NCBI GenBank assembly: GCA_044892525.1
Contig: CM097885.1
Coordinates: 215,884,001-215,948,000, forward strand
From: Schmidtea polychroa
Lineage: Eukaryota
Length of the DNA stretch: 64,000 bases
Direction of reading: 5' to 3'
The position numbers and the translations under genes were made by a program. Below the pieces are notes generated by a model. It saw only the letters and a list, made by a program, of their open reading frames with translations. It did not search any database and had not been told where the DNA came from. Shown piece by piece: positions 55,572-64,000 of this stretch (positions are counted from its first letter, which is position 1; each line of letters begins with the position of its first letter).

Positions 55572-57043
55572 TATTAATATTGAATTTTTAATAATTTTAA
55601 ATAGTCGATCATATAAAAATTTATTAAATAATAGTTTTCGAAGGGGGTTAAATTATGATAAATATAATAATTAGTAGAACAATCATGCATTCAATCACAA
55701 TTATCATAAGGGTTTACATAGTATAAAATAGAGATAAGTGCACTTTTACTACAATTACATCACAATGAATTTAAAAAAGAGTAAACTCTAAATTTTGTGT
55801 AAAAATGCTACAGAAACGCTTGAAAGGCTGTGAAATATTTATGGTGATAATTGATTATTAAAAACACGTTTTGAGTTGCATAAACGATCTAAGGGATATC
55901 ATGAAGACCTTAATGAGGATGAAAGTCTAGGTCGTCAAAAAATGAAGTTATTGAAAAAGACACTGAGTGTAAATTTGAATTTTATGTAAATTTGTGGAAA
56001 TGGAATTACATACATAACGAAAACAATAATTCAAAGAATTTTTACTCAAAATACACCAGTTAGCTCCTTTTATATGACAACCAACCAACTCATCATTAAT
56101 CGATTATTACTGATTTTTTAACAAAAAATTCAAAATTTTGCATCATCATTCACCATATTTACCGAATTTGGCTTGTTGAAATTATTTTATTTCCCCAAAA
56201 CGTCATTTGACAAAGCTCATTTTGAATAAACATATTTCTTTTCTATTCGTTCTGCTTTTGTCTTTGTGACAGGCTGTATGTAAGATAACTTTTCCTCTTT
56301 AAGGGATTTTACTATAGAGCTTGTTCTACAAATGAGTTACAAGAAAATAAAGTAATATTTTTTTGCGATTTTACATTACTCGATCCATTTCAAATACTTC
56401 ATGCTCTGGAAATAAATTATTGACAACCAATTCATTTATATCCGAGTGTACTGCATTTAACCTATTGCCATTTTCGGATAATTATTCAACTTTTAGTTTG
56501 CTTTTCATTACCTTCTAGTGTACTCAACTCATCAATCGTCATGATATCAAAAATGCAAAAATACATTTAAATTGCCTTCAAGAACTCGCTTCGAAGTTTT
56601 TTTTCTACCAATTTCTACGGCTTTGCCAAGTGGTTGAATTGGCTATAACAAATGTCGAGAGAGAATCTCAAAATTTACCATTAATAAGTCCACTGTTAGT
56701 CAATTCGAATTTGAATCAATTTCAAAACATTTTACTATGTAAACTGGGTTTGTCGTGTCGGGATCACATGCTGTTTGTTAATCTTCTCGTTAATCTTTAT
56801 GTCAGTCAGTCTAATTCCATTCGAAACCTCTATGTGGAAAAACTTCTTACAGAATTATTAGAATATTGTGAAAAATGTTTTGACAGAATGGGACAAGCGC
56901 GCTGTTGGAATTTGATCTATTGTTATAATAATGCTATTGGAAACGATGAGGCAAAATCGCGAGCTTTAAACGAGTTGGAATTATTGCTGGAAAACAAGTT
57001 GACCAGTGGTCCAAATTTGGATTTTTTATCATATGTTATGTAA
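42136..57043 (+). CDS. ANAPC5: Anaphase-promoting complex subunit 5, multi-exon and divergent (exons near 42136-42320, 42363-42445, ~42497-43250, 43311, 47960-48107, 49200-49410, 51017-51540, ~56630-57043)
   Basis: KYSLIGIFLRKFCLSFQSLSIEKV resembles the APC5 KTSVVGLFLRHMILAYSKLSF motif. Other exons (FVTCRNFLYFLL, GRFDKAFNLYKNLK, ARCWNLIYCYNNAIGNDEAKSRA) follow APC5 order. Several exon boundaries are approximate. Confidence 0.72.
43750..44334 (-). mobile_element. hAT (SPIN/GTF2IRD2-like) 5' fragment
   Basis: Minus-strand terminus CAGGGATGGGCAAACTACGGCCCGC; frameshifted KKRKIEDEC...KATDLIKSLKQQQ N-terminal zinc-finger region. Confidence 0.8.
44958..45863 (-). mobile_element. Internally deleted hAT (SPIN/Charlie-like) element with both TIRs
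   Basis: CAGGCATGAGCAA at 44958 and TTGCCCATGCCTG ending at 45863; ORF KKRKVDSEHRVFNDKWTSDYLF...CFVC...KEFNVRRHYQTQH. The left TSD is hidden by the gap. Confidence 0.85.
45916..46141. mobile_element. Tc1/mariner-superfamily MITE (226 bp) with TA TSD
   Basis: TA-CC(A/G)TATATACTCGTGTATAAGCCGA...TCGGCTTATACACGAGTATATACGG-TA. Confidence 0.9.
46390..47100 (-). mobile_element. Penelope-like retroelement 3' fragment (GIY-YIG endonuclease)
   Basis: VVYCITYNVCKEIYIGSMLKNLNQRVREH is a Penelope-type GIY-YIG motif; upstream NIPFI...LPVRLA resembles the RT-EN linker. Confidence 0.85.
47570..47645 (-). mobile_element. tRNA-derived SINE head or tRNA pseudogene
   Basis: Minus strand GTGGTCTTGTGACTGAGGGGTCAG...GTTGGGTTCGATCCCGAG contains A-box-like and B-box (GGTTCGATCCC) motifs but no clean cloverleaf. 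Confidence 0.55.
48554..48769. repeat. 12-bp pure-AT minisatellite (TTAAAATTAATA), about 18 copies
   Basis: Directly visible; it produces the spurious KINI/NINF ORFs. Confidence 0.95.
49993..50241. repeat. Foldback-like element: ~60-bp imperfect inverted arms around an AT microsatellite core
   Basis: AAATACAATGTCAATT pairs with AATTGACATTGTATTT, and ATCAGGGGAGAAAATTGAAAAAAGTGCTTATAA with TTATAAGAACTTTTTTCAAATTTTACCACTGAT. Confidence 0.7.
52129..52155. repeat. (CT)n microsatellite
   Basis: Directly visible. Confidence 0.9.
52302..53821 (+). mobile_element. Full-length Tc1 (DD34E) transposon with ~214-bp IR/DR terminal repeats and TA TSD, in an ANAPC5 intron
   Basis: TIRs 52302-52515 and 53609-53821 differ at about two positions. 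Each carries an outer and an inner CGACAC(T/A)ATTTTTAGCACA direct repeat. TA on both flanks. Confidence 0.96.
52566..53591 (+). CDS. Tc1 transposase, intact
   Basis: 341-aa ORF with MFSDEKRF, FQQDNCTVH and WPSRSPDLNIVEDVW; 34 residues lie between the second D and the E. Confidence 0.95.
   Translation: MILMFIIILELIMRSPDLKKVAIKMKQEGNSYGVIGTILGMSRYAVKNLVTYKYVLHKRKRGNRRKISKADALSIKRETARITRAQEKVNSPKIKRNCGLAVSTRTVQRYMQLAGMKYAKSYHEIILSKKHKEERMKVITEWISTNHIWENTMFSDEKRFTLDGPDCWMTYIPKTSKYVRNIRQCHGGGIMVWLMILPNGLLSFHMITGKFKSTDYITLLKTFAVPIMKVNVKRNFYFQQDNCTVHKARIVQDYLKSSNISTITWPSRSPDLNIVEDVWKMISDMVYDGPQFLNIAVLEKKITDVISLINCTRRHKILDFYASIRLRLCKVLSNHGNLYNC
55497..55567. repeat. (TA)n microsatellite
   Basis: Directly visible. 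Confidence 0.95.
55765..55980 (+). mobile_element. mariner transposase N-terminal (HTH) remnant
   Basis: KNATETLERL*NIYGDN*LLKTRFELHKRSKGYHEDLNEDESLGRQ resembles the Mos1-type KNATET...YGD...VFEWHKRF...DDERSGRP motif. Confidence 0.75.
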
Positions 57044-57781
57044 TTTGCTAAAATAAATGTTTAAATGAATTTGGTCTTTTACAATAATATTTTGTAATCA
57101 ATTATAGAATTTGCACAATTATGAAATTTTATTAATCGAAGTTTTAGTGAAAATTCCGTTTTTTATATTTTGACTATTGATCAATGTTTTGATTTATATT
57201 TATCAATGATATTTAGCAGTGTTTGAAAGAATAAATGGTAACAACCTTAATTGGTAATAAACATACTGAACTTGTCGGTTATTTAAGATTTCAACATATT
57301 TTGATCTGAATCCTTGGGTGTTCTAATATCGATTGTAATGAATAAGCCTCAGCAAAAGTACTGGAAAAGTAAAGGGAAAAATATAATATTCCAGTACAAA
57401 GTACTGTAAATTACAGATAATATATAAAAACCCATAATTTCCAGTACTTTTCTAGTATTTTATTGTTTTTTAACCCATTAGTAGATATGTATTTGATTTT
57501 ATCAATTAAGAAAGCATAATTATGGCATTTTTGTATCTGCCTTTCAAAATCCACCGCTTAAAGCGCTTAAAAAGTTTCCTATTTCAGCATAATTGTTCCA
57601 AATGTATTCAGTAAAACCAAGCTAAGTTCCCCACCTAATCAATATTGGAAACCCTGGTAAGGTATTAAATACATATTCAAAGAATAAATTCTGGTTGCTA
57701 TTATTCGTTAACAAATTCTTTTCATAAGCACAACATAAAAATCCACCAACTCGCACATGTTACGCAATTGTTCACTTATAT

Positions 57782-58710
57782 CAGTGGTTTCCAACCCGGG
57801 AGGCGCGGCCTATGGCTAGGGGAGGCGCCAAAACTTTTGGGTAAAAAATAATTTTCATACCATAATATCCACAAATAAATAAAACTTCATATTGTAACGA
57901 AACTGTAAAAATTCAGTGAATAAATACTTATTTTTATTACATTTTGATACATACATTTAATTCGTGTATAAAAATTATCCGAAGAGGAAGATTTTAAAAT
58001 TGGCGCCTTTGCAACGCTCTGTTTCGGTTTTTTTAGTAAAGAAGTTTTAATTATTACAATAGACTAAAACCCAGTTAAGCCGGGGAAAACCTTTTGTTTT
58101 TAAGACTTTACTTTCGACCATACCCATCAAGGGCTTTGGTTCTGGGTGGTATTACTTTGTTAGATGAGCCCACATTAAGTCACCAGTGTGACGGCACCAT
58201 CATACGCGCGTGACTAACGAATCACGATTCGCTCCCCATCTAAGAGCACCCAACCGCTTACCGCTTTCGTGGGGATTTTATTTACTCCTTCCTGTCGCCC
58301 AACCAACTCCCCCCGCTCTGTTTCGGCAATGCACAAAACGCCCGCTAGTTGCACGAAACAATAACCTCAAATTTATACGTCACTCGTCGCAAAAGTGTCA
58401 ACTGAAGAGAATTGGCGGGGTGTGATATTGTTATTATCGTGATTTCTTTCTGAAAATAATCATTAGTATATTTTCATATTTATATAAATATCAATATAAC
58501 ATTTTTGGACAAATGGATAAATTTTTGAGTGGGTATAAGAGAAAAGTCGACAATAATGAAGATAATGATACTGATACAAGTGGAAATAATATGAAAAAAG
58601 AAGGATGTAAAACTCCCAAGAAAAGACAATACTGTTCATCATATTTATCGTTAGGATTTACAAGTGTTGTTATAGATGGCTCGGAAAAACCAATGTGTTT
58701 GTAATGTTTG
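57782..58710 (+). mobile_element. hAT Buster-like 5' fragment
   Basis: Terminus CAGTGGTTTCCAACC; ORF MDKFLSGYKRK...KKRQYCSSYLSLGFT...KPMCL is typical of ZBED5/SCAND3-type N-termini. Confidence 0.8.
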
Positions 58711-58769
58711 TAATGCTAGTAAGACATACAGATTCTCAACAATTGAAAAGGAATGTTACTCCATAATTT

Positions 58770-59242
58770 TCGCACTAAAATAATTCAAACCATACATATA
58801 TGAGACTAAATTTGTAATTAGAACAAATCATAAACAGTTAGAAGTGCTATGGAAACATAAAGATAAATTAAGTAGATTATTAAAATGGGCAATGACGATA
58901 GAAGATATGCACATTAAGATAGTATACAAACCATGTAGAATAAACAGAAATGCAGATGCGTTGTCATGAATTCCTGAGTTATGAGTGCTTGAAGTTTTTG
59001 CACTATTAACCATAAATCCAATTGAAATATATCAGGAACATAAGAAAGACCCAGAACTTTTAAAAATAAAAAAATTAAAAAGTTAAAAATATGTAAAAAA
59101 TAATTATTATTGAATAGTAGTGCCACAAAAATTGAGACATATTCTTCTTCTGCAATACCATGACGATGTTTTAGGAGGTTGCCTGTTAAGCAGAAAAACA
59201 GCAAGTAGACTGTTACAAAAATATTATTAGGTTGATCTAAGG
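58770..59242 (+). mobile_element. Gypsy pol fragment (end of RNase H, start of integrase)
   Basis: FVIRTNHKQL..L...SRLLKWAM..IVYKPCRINRNADALS and IVVPQKLRH.LL.QYHDDVLGG...YY; interrupted by a hAT end at 59243. Confidence 0.85.
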
Positions 59243-59340
59243 CAGTGGTTCCCAAACTTTTCCGTCTGGCGGACCGGTATAAAACTTTCAGATAGCACCA
59301 GGGACCGGTGCGACATTTACCAATTATTTTTTTATTTAAC
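59243..59340. mobile_element. hAT terminus / MITE end
   Basis: CAGTGGTTCCCAAACTTTTCC...GCGGACCGG...GGGACCGG. Confidence 0.6.
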
Positions 59341-59639
59341 CTTAAATATGCCATTTTATTTGTTCAAAGCATAATTCGAAAATTCTATAATCTTGACTCC
59401 ATCAACCATTACCGTTTAATACTAATCGTTATATAAGCTTTGTTTGTTATGTCTGTTTTAAAATTAAACACAATAGTAGTAGTTTTTTTAAAATTTTTAG
59501 TTATGCTTAGAAGTTAAACCTTAATAAAGAATATAAAGAAAAACTTGAAAATTTTACTAAATTGCATGCTTACATTTGAAGGTACAGAAATTGTTTGGAA
59601 ATATCACAGATTTAATCACAGTTCTCATATCAAAACATA

Positions 59640-60849
59640 CTGTAAATTACCTCCCCTACGACTCTAGCAAATGCGCCTCGTTCTGAAAAGAGCATTGGGG
59701 CCATTAAGTCTGGATTCGTGATAGCTAATGCCATTTTTGTTCTTAGGATTTCTCGATTGAGTTTGCAGTCATTGATGACAGTTTCCTGGTAGACTTTGTC
59801 TAGTTGCATTAGTTGATGATGATAGAAGTAATCTATCTTATTATTAAAATATGATGAAAGTTTAATATCGTATTTATTAATTTTTATCTTTGGATCTCTT
59901 ATTCATCTTTGCTTAAATATATATCCTTGTAGTTGGTCTGTATTATTGATTTCCCACATTTAACACTTTCTCCTTTACTAACAAATCTCATTGCTTCTCC
60001 TGAAGGTTCTGTCATATATGTCGTTGGTGTGTATCTTTTTCTTGAATTACGATTGTTTTTCGTTTTTTGTCTCTTGCTTTCATGGATTCTGAATTTGTGA
60101 ATTGTTTACCTTTTATTGTCATGAATTTTAACGATTTTAATTTGGTCAAGGGACATTCATATGCATCAACTTTATATATTACCATTGATTCTACCGTATC
60201 ACAACTTATGTCTTTTGCTGTACAAAATGGGTAAGTCATCATCTTCTGTGTCACACTATAGAACAATGCCTTGAACTTTCTGAGTTCGACTATATATTCA
60301 CGTCTTACTATACCGTTTTCTATAGTATGTCTCCATATCTTGTATTTTCAACCTTGACAATATCCGCCAAGCAAAGACCATCCGACAAGATCAACTCGCT
60401 GTTTTACACATGCATCAATCTGTGCTTTTAATTCGATATCGTGTATTTTTATCTTTTTTGATTGAAATGCATTTTCGCATTCCTGTGGGGTTATCGTAAT
60501 GGTATCAGGTGTGAATATCGGGTCTTAATATCGTCCGTGCTATATTATGGCACACAAAAGTCTCCTCTGAATATTTTATTATGCATTCTCTCGCTTCGGA
60601 GTGTTTAAAATCTGATTCTTGATACACATGAAATAATTTTGGTTTGGTTGTAATTAAATTAATTGGATTCGCTTCTGGACAGTTTTCAATATCTAATAGT
60701 GAGTATTTTTGTCCCCATTTTGGGTTTTGACAGTCATATGCTATCATGCCTGTACATCCTTTTATCATACCTAATAATATTGCCATTATTATTATTATTA
60801 TTATTATAGACATTAACGATCTCCGGTAAGTTTTCCCTGATTTTTTCAT
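59640..60849 (-). pseudogene. Class III fusion glycoprotein (chuvirus-G-like env), frameshifted and 3'-truncated
   Basis: Hydrophobic signal (SIIIIIIIMAILLGM) then IAYDC..KYSLLDIENC, ECII...FVC, TITPQECENA, GGYCQG, and NNKIDYFYHHQ...DCKLNREIL...NPDLMAPML...GAFARVVGEVIY. This cysteine/motif order matches chuvirus-type glycoproteins. Confidence 0.85.
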
Positions 60850-61400
60850 TGTTTATTTATTATATTCTTCAGTTTCCTTTCAATTTCTTTGTCATCAATA
60901 TATTGTTTCTCTGTGTTTACTTCTGTCAAAGTATTTTCATCACATAAGATTTTCCACCCTCCATTTTTATGTATCCAAGGTATCGCATTCTTTTACAGTT
61001 TCGTAAGTATCCTTTCAGCTATTTTACTTAGTTCTATTGGCTTTGTCTTTAAAATATTCTCTGATCTATAAATAAGATATGCAATTGCTGTTATGACTCG
61101 ATTCTAATCAATTCAGCTTCCTGTTTCATTAATTCTCTAATCTCCGGCTCTAGAAATTTTAATTTCTCATGTATACTAATAATAAATGTTGGAGATTTTA
61201 CATCTACATACAATTTTGGGTACATGATTTTGATTAACTCTATTAGAATATCAGCATCTTTATCTTTTAATGACGACTTATTAGCTATTTTTTTCAGTTT
61301 CTCGGCAACGTTATTATTCTTTGATCTCTTTTCGTCTAATATTGTGGGCATTATGCCTCCTATGGCTTCTCTTGAAGTTTCTTTTAAACTTAGTTTTGAA
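60846..61400 (-). pseudogene. Bcl-2-family domain (BH1 and BH2), one frameshift and two stops
   Basis: After EAEL the shifted frame reads (N)*NRVITAIAY (BH1-like; TAG at the W position), then helical ELSKIAERILTKL*KNAIP and WIHKNGGW (BH2, 60954-60977). Confidence 0.8.
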
Positions 61401-61444
61401 ATTTCTCTATTAATTACTCCTTCATCTGAAGTTACTTCTACATG

Positions 61445-61693
61445 TCTTTTTACTAAACTGTTATCACATTATTTTCACTTGAGTTTATTCCATAATCCAT
61501 TAAACAATCTTCATTTTCCATCCTCATCCCATAAAAATATAATATTATTTCACCATGTATTCCTAATTTATTATGCCACTTGGCTCTTGCTATTTGTTTT
61601 AATTTTTTTTACTTTTGTACAAGCGTGTATTCCTTTTCCATGAATAATTATTCTAGATTTATCTCTTTCATCTGTCTTTAGAGAGATCTCTAG
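61445..61693 (-). pseudogene. Ubiquitin-like domain, frameshifted
   Basis: Reconstructed LEISLKT...SRIIIHG...TKVKKLKQIARAKW..KLGIHGEIILYFYGMRMENEDCLMDYGINSSENNVITVLVKR parallels ubiquitin [40 protein letters not shown]. Confidence 0.7.
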
Positions 61694-61730
61694 TGGTCTA
61701 TGTAATCTTTCGTTTTTTCGAATATATTCA

Positions 61731-62885
61731 CTATAACATCTCCTTTATCTCGATTTCAAGTTCAAACAATTGAGTTTCTTGTTGTTTCTTCGCTAAAAGC
61801 GGTATTAAATTTCCCAGACTCTCAAGGTCCGTTACTTCCATTTGAATTTTATTTATTATTCGTAATGTCTCACTATCACCTACTAGATAATTTTTCAAAG
61901 ATTCCTCTAATTCTTGTCTCAAAATATTCTGTCTATCTAACTCTGCTAATAATTTTTCATCTCTTTCTCTTTGCTCTCTTAATTCTTCATTGTCTAATCT
62001 AACTTCATTTGTATACGCTTTAAATTCGCTTATTGATACATCAATTTTATTTCTTTCAATCAATCTCTCATATTTTGTCTTAAATTCGTTTAATTCATCT
62101 CTCAAAATTTCAATTTCCATACTATTTATTTGTTTTATTTCAGGGTCATTTTTAAATTGAACTCTATTCGGAGATTCGACTCGTATATTTCTACATGTTT
62201 TCACCATATGACCATATTTATGACAGTTAAAACACCTTATTTCCCCTCGAAAATCAACTCTATCTCTTCCATTATTACTAAATGGACTAGGTCGTCTATT
62301 TCTATTGAAAATCTGTTGATTGGGACTCATTCTTCCTCAAAAATTGTTTCTATTTGACTCAACATCATTTCTGTTATCTCCTTTTCTATTTCTATCAAAT
62401 CGATTTGTTCGCGTATATTCGAAATAATTATTCCTATTATTCTGATTATCACTGAAACGATTATTTCGATTATTCGATTTATCCCTTGGACTATTAAATT
62501 TATTACTGTTATCAAAATTACGACTTGGACTTGGACTAGACTTTCTTCTATTCTTAACATAATTAAGATACAACTGTTTCATTTCCTCCCAAGGAATGTC
62601 GTCATCTTTATCAATTGACTTTGTTTTATCTTTTTAAACCTAAATTTCTACTGCTTCCATCGCAGAATTAAATCTATCTTTTTGTATCGCTTCAATTCTT
62701 CGTGCCTTTTGTACTAACTCATTTAGGTTTCCATATTCTACCCTTATCAAAGATTTATATAAATGTTTTTGAGTATCATTCATAATTGGTCCTCTATTAA
62801 TCTTGTAGTGTGTTCTCCAACACCAAAGGCTTTTCGAGCTCACTCAGTTAAATTAAAAACATATTCACCAATTATTTCTCTACTA
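61731..62885 (-). pseudogene. Retroelement Gag (capsid C-terminus, Arg/Asn/Ser-rich region, CCHC knuckle) followed by a long coiled coil
   Basis: EYVFNL..ARKAFG...LNELVQKARRIEA (capsid CTD-like) and CFNCHKYGHMVKTC (CX2CX4HX4C). No protease DTG/DSG motif follows. The 5' part is cut by the hAT at 62886. Confidence 0.85.
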
Positions 62886-64000
62886 CAGGGGTGGCGAACC
62901 TTTTTTAGATTGCGTGCCAATATTTTAAAATTGAAAAATAAAAACACGCTGGCGTGCCAAGTACATTTTTTAGCATTTTAATTGATTCCATTACATACCA
63001 TGTGTTCACATTAAATGTTTCAAGTCTAGTTTAGTCAAAAAGAATAGTTATAACTACAATTTTAACAAAACTACAATTACTATAATAGTATAACTTTACT
63101 ATAAGAATATATTTAACGTGATTTAGTGACTTAGTAAAATCAATGTGACTTTTGCTGTTGTGTGGTGGATGATAGAAGTTTTATATCTGGAGAATATTTT
63201 GTATTCTTCAAAGCCACACAAGCTGCACTCAAGTTGTCAGTCAAACTGTTTCTGGTATCTGATTTTATAAAGTTCATCGATGAAAACAATGATTCGCACG
63301 AGTAAAAAAGAAAATTGACAAAATCGCAATCGCTACTTTTTTCAGAGAGTTGAAAGTTTCAGGAAGACAATTCCAGACTCTGAACACCTCGTTTCAGCTG
63401 GTATCTGCGGTTCTGATCCATTGCAGCGCTCTCATTCAATTCTATCTAGTCGCACTCGTAAGTCAACAAACCTTTGCTTCCAAATTGAGCTGGACTGTAG
63501 CTCAACTAACTGCATTTCAAAAACTTGTAATTCCATCCAGTCGATCATTGTTAAATCCAAATTTTTAAACTCGACTGTTTTTTAAAAATTTTGTTGTGTC
63601 TTCAAACTTTCTAAACTGAACAAAACGCACTGAAAATTGTTCGAGGGTTGCGTCGATTGTCTCTAAAAATAACAAAATCTGAGCTTCTTTGACAACGGTT
63701 TAATGGATTTCTATTTCAGTATAAAATCTTTTAAGTCTTTGAAAATATTGAAACTCTTGTTTTCCAAATCACATTTGAAATTTTCAACTTCTTTTCAAAT
63801 GCTTTTATAACGCCAAAAGCCTCGTCAACGGTTTTTCCAAAACCTTGTTATGTTAATTTAGATGTGAAGTAAAATCTGTAAAGAACATTAGTCTGCTGAG
63901 CCACTCAACATCAGTTAACTCTGAATACTTCTGTTTGTTGTCTTCCATAAACATTCGAATTTCATCAAGGCATTCCACGAAACGTTCCAGCACATGACCT
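62886..64000 (-). mobile_element. hAT (GTF2IRD2/EPM2AIP1-like) element, 3' portion, continuing beyond the window
   Basis: Terminus CAGGGGTGGCGAACC at 62886; minus-strand LERFVECLDEIRMF, WLSRLMFFTDFTSHLN and CESLFSSMNFIKSDTRNSLTD. Confidence 0.88.

Noticed and set aside
58770-59242. Gypsy pol fragment as the missing pol of the env/Bcl-2 element
   Set aside because: It is on the opposite strand, downstream of env, and bounded by separate hAT insertions.

Overview
AT-rich eukaryotic (invertebrate-like) genomic DNA with 42-51 bp introns and four assembly gaps; it is not prokaryotic. The overall pattern resembles a planarian-type flatworm, but that is inference. Four host genes are supported: ICMT (25.6-26.5 kb), PPIL3 (26.6-29.5 kb), SPATA4 (32.7-36.3 kb) and a divergent ANAPC5 (42.1-57.0 kb). 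Almost everything else is mobile DNA. The 1-25 kb region is a nest of very large (about 5.5-5.8 kb) TG...CA elements that look like solo LTRs. They carry small protein genes (a coiled-coil 'LEGTWFSP' family in at least 7 copies and an AT-hook ORF) and end in a roughly 220-270 nt multi-helix RNA structure supported by compensatory base changes across three copies. At 59.6-62.9 kb (minus strand) lies a decayed retrovirus-like element with no visible pol: Gag/CCHC, coiled coil, ubiquitin-like domain, Bcl-2-like domain (BH1/BH2), then an ATGA-overlapped class III (chuvirus-G-like) envelope. Also present are an intact IR/DR Tc1 element, a complete Merlin element, many hAT remnants, Gypsy remnants, a Penelope GIY-YIG fragment, MITEs, foldbacks and a tRNA-derived SINE head. 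All homology calls come from motif recognition by eye; no searches were run.
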